A model generated the notes under the pieces. That model ran no database searches. It worked only from the letters and a program-made list of their open reading frames with translations, and had not been told where the DNA came from. Below are positions 36,229 through 46,721 of a stretch of 64,000 nt of DNA, one piece after another. The position numbers and the translations under genes were made by a program. The DNA is from Blepharisma stoltei ATCC 30299 (lineage: Eukaryota > Protista > Ciliophora), in the NCBI GenBank assembly GCA_965603825.1, contig CBFDEM010000029.1, positions 124,001-188,000 on the forward strand. Reading direction: 5' to 3'. Every line of letters begins with the position of its first letter. Within the stretch, counting starts at the first letter, position 1.

Positions 36229-36771
36229 ATGAAAAGAGAAATTAAATGCGCAGTGCTTGGGGACTCAGGTGTCGGCAAAACTTGCATGATTACATCACAT
36301 TCCACTAACACATTTATTGACGTATATACGCCAACAACTTTTTCTAGTTGCAATGTGCCGCTTATCTGGGAGATGAAATGCTGACTTTAAATAGTTTGAT
36401 ACTTCAGGACAAAGAGAATGGACGAATTTCAGAAGCTCCATTATCCAGAATTCTGATGTAATTCTTGTATGCTACTCAATGGTTTTGATGTCTAGCTTTC
36501 AGAATGTAGGGGCATATTGATATTCAGAACTTCGAAAAAGCAATGCTAATCATGCTCCTGTGATCTTAGTAGTGACACAGAAAGATCAAGCTGATTAATG
36601 CTCATTGAATCTACAGATTTTTCTTTGGTGTCTCACAATAATCGAGCTCAACTTCTCTGCAATGAACTGAGGTTTCACTCATGAGCCACATGCAGCGCCC
36701 TCTCTCAAGAAGGCCTAAAACAAGTTTTCGACAAAGCTATCATGGTTTGTATAGGTAAATCTTCTCAATAA
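36229..36771 (+). pseudogene. Rho/Rac-family GTPase pseudogene
   Basis: IKCAVLGDSGVGKTCM, YTPT, DTSGQ, DVILVCYS, APVILVVTQKD, CSALSQEGLKQVFDKAI occur in order but need about 5 frame changes that micro-introns do not explain; no CAAX. Confidence 0.75.
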
Positions 36772-36785
36772 TCATTATAAATTAA

Positions 36786-39083
36786 ATGTTCACTTTCCTG
36801 TTTTTTCAATTATTTTATTTAGGATTCTCAAGGATCAATTATTTTAACAACGATTTGCCTTTTCCCTTTGACAACTACACAAGCAAGTCAACAATTATAG
36901 GAAAAGGCCCTTCTTCATGCATTTCAAGTGCTCAGACAGATGGAAGATGCAATAGCTATAACAACTTCGAAGACTGCAGCTATGATGGCGGTGACTGCTG
37001 CCGAAAAACCTGCGTTAAAAACTGTTATTATTCATCTAGTTCAACTACTCCATCACAAATGCCAATTGAAAATTTAAATAATACATGCCCTTATGAGTGT
37101 GGATATTCAGGATACAATTGTACAGATTCTCAAGGGTGCAGTGAATGCTACCATGGGACTTGCTACACAATCTCACAATGCCCCGACACATCAATGAAAT
37201 ACTCATATGGGCAATGTTGCATCTGTGAAGACGGCTGAGCTGGGTTTTCTTGTGCATCTCCTATATGCTCTGCAGGATGTAAACACGGAACTTGCATTAG
37301 TCGAGACAATTGTTCATGCCAAACAGGCTGGACAGGGACTACTTGCAACACTCCTATTTGTTCAAGCTGCATAAATGGGGTCTGTATATCCCCAGAAGTT
37401 TGTAAATGCAGCTCTTCGTTGTGAACAGGCTCAAGCTGTGATGAGCCATTAAGCAATCCAGCTTGTGTGAATGGCTACCCTATAAGCCCAAATGTGTGTA
37501 AGTGTAACACTGGGTTTGGAGGCGACATTTGTGATACTCCATTATGCCAGTCAGTTACTTGTGTTAATGGATGGTGCATTAATCCTGATATGTGTGAATG
37601 CTATGCTCCATATTACACCGCAAATTTGACTTTAAGCGTGCATTGTAATGATATTAACTGTGCTGATGTATACGGACTTTATTGTACTTCATGTGATAAA
37701 AGCTCTTGTTTGAAATGTGTTGAGGGGTTTTACCCGAGCGGAATTGACTGTGTATCTTGCAGCTATTTACATCCTGGCTGCTTGAAATGTAATAGCACGA
37801 CATGTTTCAAGTGTAATTTTCCTTATTCCGCAATGGCTTCTGGAGAAGGCTTTTGCGATTTTGGAGGATATATAGAATTTTCTAGTCCGACTTATAGTGT
37901 AGTCGATACCGACTCAGAGGTTGATATTCTTTTAAACAGGCTTGGAGGAAGCCTTGGAAAAGTTTCTGTTGATATTATTACTCAAGATCTAACTGCAAGC
38001 TCTGTCAATATTAAGCAACAAAAGTATTTAGATTATCAATATTATTACAAAACTATAACATTTTTGCAGGGAGAGACAAGCAAAACTGCAGCAATCACAA
38101 TTTTCAATACTTTTGATGAAAGCTCTAGCTCTAAACAGTTTAGATTGATCATGCACAATCCAACAGGAGGAGCTATTTTAGGAGCGGTGCAGAACACTCC
38201 TATATTGGAGTATTTTTGAAGCGATGAAGGAATCAACACTTATTCTTATGCTACAGTTGAAATCTTTGATGATCCAGATGCTCCTTATCCTCAATCAACA
38301 ATTTTGCTTTTAGATAATGACCCCATTGATTTTTATATGCCCTACACAGTTAAAAATAGCGACACATTAGAACTTGATATATTTTCCTATTATAATTCGT
38401 CTACTCCAATGGCAGAAGGGGGATATTATTTTATTGTGGAAATAAGAAAGCATGATGATATTTACTCCGGAATTACTGGAAATTGTTTTTTTCCAAATAA
38501 TGATTTTACAGTTTCTTCCAGATATTATAAAAACTTGCTATCTAATGATAATGGAGACGGGAGCTATACTTCAAAGTTTAGTATCCCAGACAGAGGACTT
38601 TATACAATTAATGTTACTTATGCATTAGGAGGAGTAGAAGCAACTATATGAGATAAACTGGGAAATTTAAATATTGCTCCAGAGTTCCAAATTCAAAATA
38701 AATTAGGGGCATTTGATTTGGATTATCACAAAATCGGGACAGTATCAACATCATTGTGGAAAGCAAAAATTGTTCCTCAAAGCGATCTGACGAATGCAGC
38801 AATTTCGGTAGTTCAACCGATTAATGACAAGATATCTGTGTATATTAATGAAAACATTTTGCTGGATTGCTTTGGAAATTGTACAAGCTCACAGATGAAT
38901 TTTTTAAGCAGTTCTGTATATGATTTAATTATAGATTATACTCACTTTAACGAAAATGAGTATATCGGCTTTAGTATAAGTTGGGTCGGTAGCTTTGGTA
39001 GCAAAGAAATTGAAAAGTTGTATGCAATTAAGGAAATAGGTCAAAAATTTAATGCTTATAGTGTTCTTCCGGATGAGTGTTAG
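36786..39083 (+). CDS. Secreted mosaic protein: LNR, EGF repeats, furin-like Cys, Calx-beta, filamin-like, PA14-like (765 aa)
   Basis: One frame via TGA at 37236, ~37422, 38217 and 38649. DGRCNSYNNFEDCSYDGGDCC (LNR); IEFSSPTYSV...R.GGS.G.VSV..T...TA...DY...TITF..GET.KT (Calx-beta); DNGDGSY (filamin-like). Confidence 0.8.
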
Positions 39084-40090
39084 ATTTAAATTCTTATAAA
39101 ATACAGAGTGAGCATCAACTAAAAAATCATTGAAGTCCTTTGATCATATAATTTTTTTATCTTTCTAAAATTTTGCTAAACTGCATATTAATTTAAAATT
39201 AAATCTCTTTACTATTTTTCTCTCAATTTTTTGCTCACATCGAAATAAAAAAATTTATAAAAAACTGATATGAAATAAAATGACATTGCTATTAATTTGC
39301 GAAGCATAATTTTATTTCTTAATCAATTCTCTCCAAAAATGAATTTTAGTTTAAGCTAGACGCCCTATTAAATATAATATTTTCAATTTAAATTTATCAT
39401 CATTTTTCAAATTTAAAAATTTAGGGATTAATCTGTTTGTAATACCATGAAACTTGCAAAAAGCTTATTTGTCTTGATACTAAAATTTTATTTTTTCACA
39501 ATTTCGTATTTGGGATTTATTTTCATAGATGGCTAGAAATTTCTTGAAAATTCTGAGCTGAGCGTATAGCCTTTGTGCACTATAGCATTTCATCAATTTC
39601 TAGTAGCGTTATGCCAGTTTTATTTCAAATTTTAAGCTGACTTTAAATAATAGCACCGAGACATATCCATCTTTTTTTAAATAATTTGAAATATGTAACC
39701 TTTTTATAAATGTGAAGCCAGTATAACGAAAGAAAGATTTTAATTGAAACATTAATTTTACAAGCCAAAGCATTCTTCCTTGCCGATGCTATCACATAAT
39801 TGGTAGGTGATGAAAATCAAATAGATCTTATATTCTTTAATGAATTTTTTAAAAAAACACTTTTATGGAATGCAAAGAACTTTAAAGAAAGAGAGAAATT
39901 AATAAATACCAATAATAGAATGAAGTAATGCGTTTTTAATTCTTTATTTCATAATTATTCATAAAAGTAGACTTTAATTAGCAATTTTTCTAAGGTAAAA
40001 TTCATATTTTCTAGCTGTAAAATGATGAAAGCAGAAATATTGGTCTCTTTTCTAATCATGTTTAATGCCTGAAAATTGCTAAGCTTATAA

Positions 40091-42310
40091 ATGAAAATAA
40101 GCCAATCTCCAAGCCATGAAGATGGCTTGCATGTTGCGTCAGTTAACACATACACAGGAGAAACACCTTTTAGAGGTGACAAGGCATTTTCTTTGAAATT
40201 TTCTAATGCTGTCACAGAGAAGGCTTTCCAAACTTCAGTTCTCTCTGGATCGGATTTATTTAGAGCTTTTTTGGAAATTCAAATACAAAAGAAGCACTTT
40301 TTTTTAAACTACTACTTGATTTGTGTCATTTATCTTATCGTTTACCTTTATTGTGCAATTAGCTCCAATCAGACATCAATTATTATAGCTTTTGAGCTTT
40401 CTTTATTTGGAGGTTTGATTGCTTTCAACTCTTTGGCCTTCTTGATCATCTTTTACTTGAAAATTAGGATTCAGCATATCCTCGTGCTTCAAGTAACTTA
40501 TTTTTTTACTGCACTATTTCTCATTCTAAATGATGCTCCTGTTCTTAGCAAAATCTTGGACTGCAATATATCAGAAGGTGTTTCCTGTATCCCTGGGCTT
40601 ATTATTATGCTCATCATTTCAAAATTCACTCTTCATATCAACTATTTGTACTTTGGAATCTGAAATTTATTTACAGCTTTAATATATTTCGTTGCTCATA
40701 TTTGTTCAGACCAAACAATTTTAACTACACTAATTGAGCTCGCAATTTATTTAGTTCAAATCTTTTTTGAAACCAAAAAATTTTACCTGATTGAGCATTC
40801 AGCAAGGGAACAGTTTCAAGTCGAGCAAATCTCAAAATCAAATGAACCAGATAACCATGATATCGAGCCAGCAACAACTGAGCTTGAAAGAGTGACTTCA
40901 AGCATAAAAGAGTCTATATCGCTCGTTCAAAGCGTGGCAGACTCTTTGGCAGGTGAGCTAAAATTTAAATTGAATGGGGCTGTAAAATTAGCAAATAATG
41001 TGATTAGTATCATTTCTTCAAAAAGCAACATATACTCACCAGATATTGATGCGATAACAAAAAATATCGACCCAGAAGATCGTAGATACATCAAAGAAAC
41101 TTGAACAGATCAACAAAATTTACCCGAAAAGCGCACTCGACACCGAATGAGAACGTTAAACACATCAGACCTCCAAAAAGAGTACCACGAAAACGACCTG
41201 ATCGGGGTTTTGAGCCAGATTGGAAAGAATTGGAACTTTGACATGTTTTTCTTGAAGGATGTCACACACGATAAGCCTCTTCACATTGTCGGCAGCTACT
41301 GCATTAAAAAATATCGCCTTGATGAAATGTTTAACATGCCAGAATCTGTATATACCTGCTTCTTCGAAACACTTGAGGGGCTATATAAGAGTAATCCATT
41401 CCATAACTCGTCTCATGCTGCTGACATGCTAGCATCTTCCATTTATTTTATTAACAAATCGATACTGTCAGAGTATTTTGTGGAGTTTGACATTTTGGCT
41501 TCAATTGTTGCATGCTTAGGCCATGATGTCGGCCATCCTGCATTTTCCAACAGATTCTTAGTCACCAACAAAGACGATCTGGCAATTCTTTATAACGATG
41601 CCTCTGTGCTGGAAATGATGCACTGTTCAACTGTATTCCAAGTTATGAAAGAAAATGGTGCAAATATATTAGGAACGCTAAGTGCTGAGTCATGAATTAT
41701 GGTGAGAAAAGAAATCGTCGAAATGATCCTTGCAACTGACATGCAAAAACATTTTGATTTATTAGGGCAGTTTCGAGTCAAATTAATGAGCTCTCCTCCA
41801 AGTGTATTAGAAAATTTCGAAAATAGAATTGATGTTATGAAGATTATGGTAAAATCAGCAGATATCGGCCATGCAGCCAAGTCAAGAGAGCTGCATGAGA
41901 GATGAAGCCTTTTGGTCATTGAAGAATTCTTTAATCAGGGAGATATTGAAAAGTCAAGAAGCCAGCCAATTTCTATGTATTGTGATAGGGAAACAACAGA
42001 TATTGCTAAATCACAAGCGGGGTTCTTGAAAAATATTGTTTTGCCGCTATATGAAGCTTTTAATCAGTTTTTACAGTCTTCGTATATTTCAACAAATTGT
42101 GTGGAGCAGTTGAAAGTAAATATGAGGGCATGGGAGTATAAGTCAGAAAGGCACCGAAACCGAGTTAGGACAGTTATTAGACATGAAAACCCATCAGAGT
42201 ATGTTAATCTTGCAAGTAAATGGGTTCCTCTCAGAAGAGGGTCAACTACTGTTGCGCGGAAGGATCCAACGGAAGAATCTTTGAATTCTTCATGTTCTGA
42301 TCATAGCTAA
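40091..42310 (+). CDS. Membrane-anchored class I cyclic nucleotide phosphodiesterase (739 aa)
   Basis: N-terminal multi-TM region; NPFHNSSHAAD, HDVGHPAFSNRF, LEMMH, LATDM, KSADIGH, HER-W(TGA 41903)-...EEFFNQGDIEK, SQAGF. Five ORFs in one frame. Confidence 0.92.
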
Positions 42311-42706
42311 ATATTATTACATTTAAAAGTAATCATTTATTTTTAATGTTGCTTATAAATTGGAGCTTAATAGTAAAAATATTTATAGACATATTTATCC
42401 AAAAAGCAAGAAATTCTCAAATAATTTTTTTCCCCCCATTGAGTTAGCTTAGATAAGCTTTTGTCTGCTTTAAGAAATGACTTTGCTTCCATTTTATATG
42501 CTCGTGCTATCTTTTATGTCTAATTATGGATTTATTAATAAATTGAAACGCCTTATTTTTTGAAACCAAGATTAAAACTTTAAAGATCTATTTCTGCTTA
42601 AGAAATTGCAGGTAGTATATTGGTCAAATTATGATTTTTTTTATGAGCTGAATTAAAGTGATAGTGAAAATGGATTTTTCATATATTGATATAAATAGCT
42701 GTAGAT

Positions 42707-44038
42707 ATGAACGAAATCAAACTTATTGGAAATATTCTGGCTGAAGACAATGATTCAGACGAAGAACAATTCAAGCGGTTCACAACAACTAAACGCCACG
42801 TTCTTCTTAATAAAGACGAACTTGAGCAGCTCATTGAAAGACCAACATCTGCTCCATCAGTATATCTGCCATTTCCACAAGTGTTTTGGCCAGAAAAAGA
42901 GCCGCAGTATTCAATACAAAAAGTTACAAATGACTTAGCTGGGCTTACCGTAAAAGAAGACATCGGGAAGTCTATTCAATCATCTTATGGGCCATCACTA
43001 AACTTAGCAGCAGCTGAATTCGTTCCAGGAGGCTTTCAAGCAATCCCGTCTCCTCCAAAGCGCAGCGAATTGGCTGAAATACGTGGCCGTGTCGCAGAAA
43101 TGGCAAGAGAGCAGGCAGGATCAAGATATCTTCAGCAAAAGATGGAAACAGCGATACCAGAAGACAAACAAATGATTTTTGAAGAAGTATTCAGAGCAGG
43201 GTTCGGATTACTTGTAGACGTCTTTGGAAATTATGTCGTCCAGAAGGTTTTAGAATTTGGGAATCTAGAGCAAAGAAGAGCAATTGCTAATTTAATGTCT
43301 GGCAGAGTAATTGAGCTATCTACTCACATGTATGGATGCAGAGTAATTCAGAAGGCTTTAGAAGTCGTAGAAGTAGACCAAAAAAGATATCTGGCTCATG
43401 AGCTTAGAGGACATGTTGAAAAGTGCGTAGAAGACCAAAATGCGAACCATGTTGTTCAGAAATGTGTTGAAACTTTGCCGTATCCTTATATGAGTTTTAT
43501 TGTTGATGACTTAAGACTAAATACTATTTACTGGACAGAGCATCCTTATGGCTGCAGAGTTATACAGAGAATCATCGAATTTTGTCCAAAAGAAGCAATC
43601 ATGGACATTCTAAATGCTATTATTAGGAATGCTGTAGATATTAGTAAAAAGAACTATGGAAATTATGTCATCCAGCATATTCTTGATAAAGAAGAAGCTT
43701 CAATTAAATCGCAGCTGATTATGGCTTTTAGTGGAAGACTATATGAACTTAGTAAGCATAAATTCGCCAGCAATGTTATTGAAAAATGTTTGAGTGCTGG
43801 AAACCCTGAACATATTCGAGCATTTTCAAAAGAATTATTTGCTCCAGAGCATGTATTTGAACTTATGACTGATAAATTCGCGAATTTTGTCATACAAAAG
43901 ACATTAGAAATGGCAAGAGGGGAGTTGCAAGCCCAGCTGATCTTGAAAGTTACTGAACATTCTGCAGCTTTGAAAACTTTTCCTTATGGCAGACATGTTT
44001 TAACTTGCTTAGAAAAAGTCAAAAAGGGAATTATTTAA
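42707..44038 (+). CDS. Pumilio/PUF RNA-binding protein with PAM2-like motif
   Basis: Eight PUF repeats (SRYLQ, NYVVQ, CRVIQ, NHVVQ, CRVIQ, NYVIQ, SNVIE, NFVIQ); SLNLAAAEFVP upstream. Confidence 0.95.
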   Translation: MNEIKLIGNILAEDNDSDEEQFKRFTTTKRHVLLNKDELEQLIERPTSAPSVYLPFPQVFWPEKEPQYSIQKVTNDLAGLTVKEDIGKSIQSSYGPSLNLAAAEFVPGGFQAIPSPPKRSELAEIRGRVAEMAREQAGSRYLQQKMETAIPEDKQMIFEEVFRAGFGLLVDVFGNYVVQKVLEFGNLEQRRAIANLMSGRVIELSTHMYGCRVIQKALEVVEVDQKRYLAHELRGHVEKCVEDQNANHVVQKCVETLPYPYMSFIVDDLRLNTIYWTEHPYGCRVIQRIIEFCPKEAIMDILNAIIRNAVDISKKNYGNYVIQHILDKEEASIKSQLIMAFSGRLYELSKHKFASNVIEKCLSAGNPEHIRAFSKELFAPEHVFELMTDKFANFVIQKTLEMARGELQAQLILKVTEHSAALKTFPYGRHVLTCLEKVKKGII

Positions 44039-44234
44039 TATTCATAAATAGTTTAAGGAAACTCCAGCATAGTAAAATAATTTCCAATATTATATTCTTT
44101 TCAGTTGAAATCAGCATCTTAATATCGATGCAGACTTATCTAAAATTTTGAAGGACTGTTCAATGCAAATATAATGCTTTAATTTTTTATATCATAATTT
44201 ATCTTTTACATAATTAAATAGTTATTCATATTAT

Positions 44235-45605
44235 ATGAAATCAGCAAAACATCAAGCATCCTCTATAATTAAATCAGGCCGCAAGGTTTCTCAGTCTTTT
44301 GAACAGAACCTAAATCAAATCAAATCAAGGAATTTAAGTTTACCAAAATTAGAGGACGAAAACGATTTAATACGTAAGGCAGAATTGTGTAATAAGCCAG
44401 TTACAGTTAACATCAAATTCACATTGGTTATTGAAGATAAATTATGAGAGATTTTAGATATGCTAAGAAAGAATGTGGCAGCGAAGTTTCCTTGTGATGA
44501 GTATTGATTAATGAATGAAGATGACCCAATTAATAAACTGGAGTTTCTTTTTGGTGAAAAGAGAATGAAGAGCCTTATAAAGCAGGCAAATGTTCTAGAA
44601 AAAACGTCTATCGGAATATCTCGATTTTGCTTTGGAAAAGAATTGCCTAATGATTTGATGCAGGAGTTTCGAAATTTATTCTTTTATGTCCATCAAAACT
44701 ATCTAATACTTATAAAATTGATGCTTCTCCGTTATATAGACTCAGGAAGCAACAATACATGGATCCGCCTCTTAAACCAAAGAATTGAAGAGAAGCAAGT
44801 AGATGTTATAAAAAATGGAAGCATCACAGGCTTTCTAAAACAGCATACAGAAATAATTTATAAACTACTACAAAATATTGCTGCTATAATAGATGGAGAA
44901 GCCAAAGATTACGTGAAATTAATAACTGACAACTTAGAGCAGATGACTATTTCGAAAGTAAAAAAAATTTTTAATTCTCTGGCTGATAATGTCCAAAGTT
45001 TCTCAGTTCAGAGCCCTTCATCACCTAAAAGCGAAATTCCTTATTTACCGCCAATGGCTAGCCCAGGATATACACTTGTAATCGACCTGGATGAAACATT
45101 GGTCCATTATGCTGACTCAGGCCCGAATGGAATTCTATTAGTTCGTCCAGGGAGTGTTGAATTTTTGAATGAAATGAAAAATTACTATGAAATCGTCATA
45201 TTTACAGCTGCATTGCCAGATTATGCAAACTGGGCAATTGAGCAAATCGATACTAGCAGTGCTGTTTCTCATAGACTGTACAGGCAGCATACCAATTTAA
45301 TGGGCCCAGCATTCATAAAAGATTTAAAATGTTTAGGGAGGGACTTAAGAAAAACAATAATTATTGACAACATACCTGACAACTTTAAAAACCAAATTGA
45401 AAATGGAATTACAGTAAAGAGCTGGTATGGAGAACTGGAAGATACTTTCTTATATGAACTCATTCCGTTGCTAAAAGAAATTGTAATAAAAAAGGTTCCT
45501 GATGTCAGGGTTGCATTAAGAATATTCCGAGACCAAGTTTTAAGACAGTTCTTAAAAGGCATATCAAAACCACATTTAAATTTGAAGACTACAAAATCTG
45601 ATTAA
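44235..45605 (+). CDS. CTD small phosphatase / NIF (FCP1-like HAD) domain protein (456 aa)
   Basis: TLVIDLDETLVH, VRPG, IFTAA...YA, LYRQH, KDL..LGRDL, IIDN; joined via TGA at 44445 and 44505. Confidence 0.9.
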
Positions 45606-45659
45606 ATGGGATATTTTAGCTGTATTTTACAAAATTATTTATTTTTAGAGATATATTAA

Positions 45660-46463
45660 CTAATCAAATTGCAATCGCCTTTCTCCATGTTCTGGGCTAT
45701 GACGTAATCTTGCTTTTGGGACTGGCTTAGTTTGCCTCTTTGATCTTTGTGCAAATTTTTCTATTTCTTCTCTAAATCCTGGAGGTTCGTGCTGATCTAA
45801 AAGTAATGACATTTCTCTTATAAAAACTCCAACACTTTCTTCTGAAGCTTTTATTTTTTCTTTTAGCTGTTTATTCTCTTCCATAATCTCATTTAGCACA
45901 GATCCACTTTCCCCCTTCATTTTTCTCTTCGTAATTTTAAATTTAAACTCTTTATTTTCTTTTTCCACTTTTAAAATTTCTTTTTGAAGTTTTTCTGAGT
46001 CATCAGATACAAGCTTGACCCATCTGTTTCAATATTTTCTGCCAACTATACCTCTATGCTTTTTTACATTTCATATAAGCTTTTTTAATCCAAATTTTAA
46101 TTCTACAGCAATGTAGAATTGGTTGCTTTTCTTGAGTGATCTTACGTTTTGTCGATATAAGTAGAATGCTTGGGCCAGAAGCAAACTGGCACGCTTTGTA
46201 AAGATTTTAAAAATTTTATGGGTTTCTAATTCAAGTTTTATTGCAACTGCGTTAAATCTAGTGTTGTATTGTTGAGATTCTAAGTTGGCTAATGTTTGTT
46301 TAAACTCGGATTGCTCCTTTTTATGCTGCTCGCTCTGTTTGCCCATTGTTTCTTTGCAAGAGCGAATATATTGTCTTGCTTTTTCTCTGTCATCAATTAG
46401 TTTCTTAACTTCTTCAGCTGCGACTAAAGTTCCTCCAGGAGTAGTGATCTCTCTGTCCTCCAT
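45660..46463 (-). CDS. Hypothetical coiled-coil protein (267 aa)
   Basis: Two ORFs in frame via TGA at 46071 and a second TGA. Confidence 0.72.
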
Positions 46464-46721
46464 GTTAATATAACAGAATTTTTCTAATTATATTATATTT
46501 TCTTGATTCAAGTTTGGCTTAATGAATAGATATAAATATTTATTATTAAGCAGAACTTGTATCAGATCTTCAACGCTATTGAATTGCCTGCATCAAGATT
46601 CAAAATGGCTTAATTTTCATAATTGCACAATACTTCAAAAAATTTTAATTCTTATATAAAATAAACTCAGAAGGTATTAATAGAGTATCTATTTTCCAAA
46701 CTCAAGTTATTTATCTAGAAA

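Noticed and set aside
5742-41905. TGA as selenocysteine or cysteine
   Set aside because: TGAs align with conserved Trp, not Cys, and occur in most genes; no SECIS or selenoprotein context was seen.
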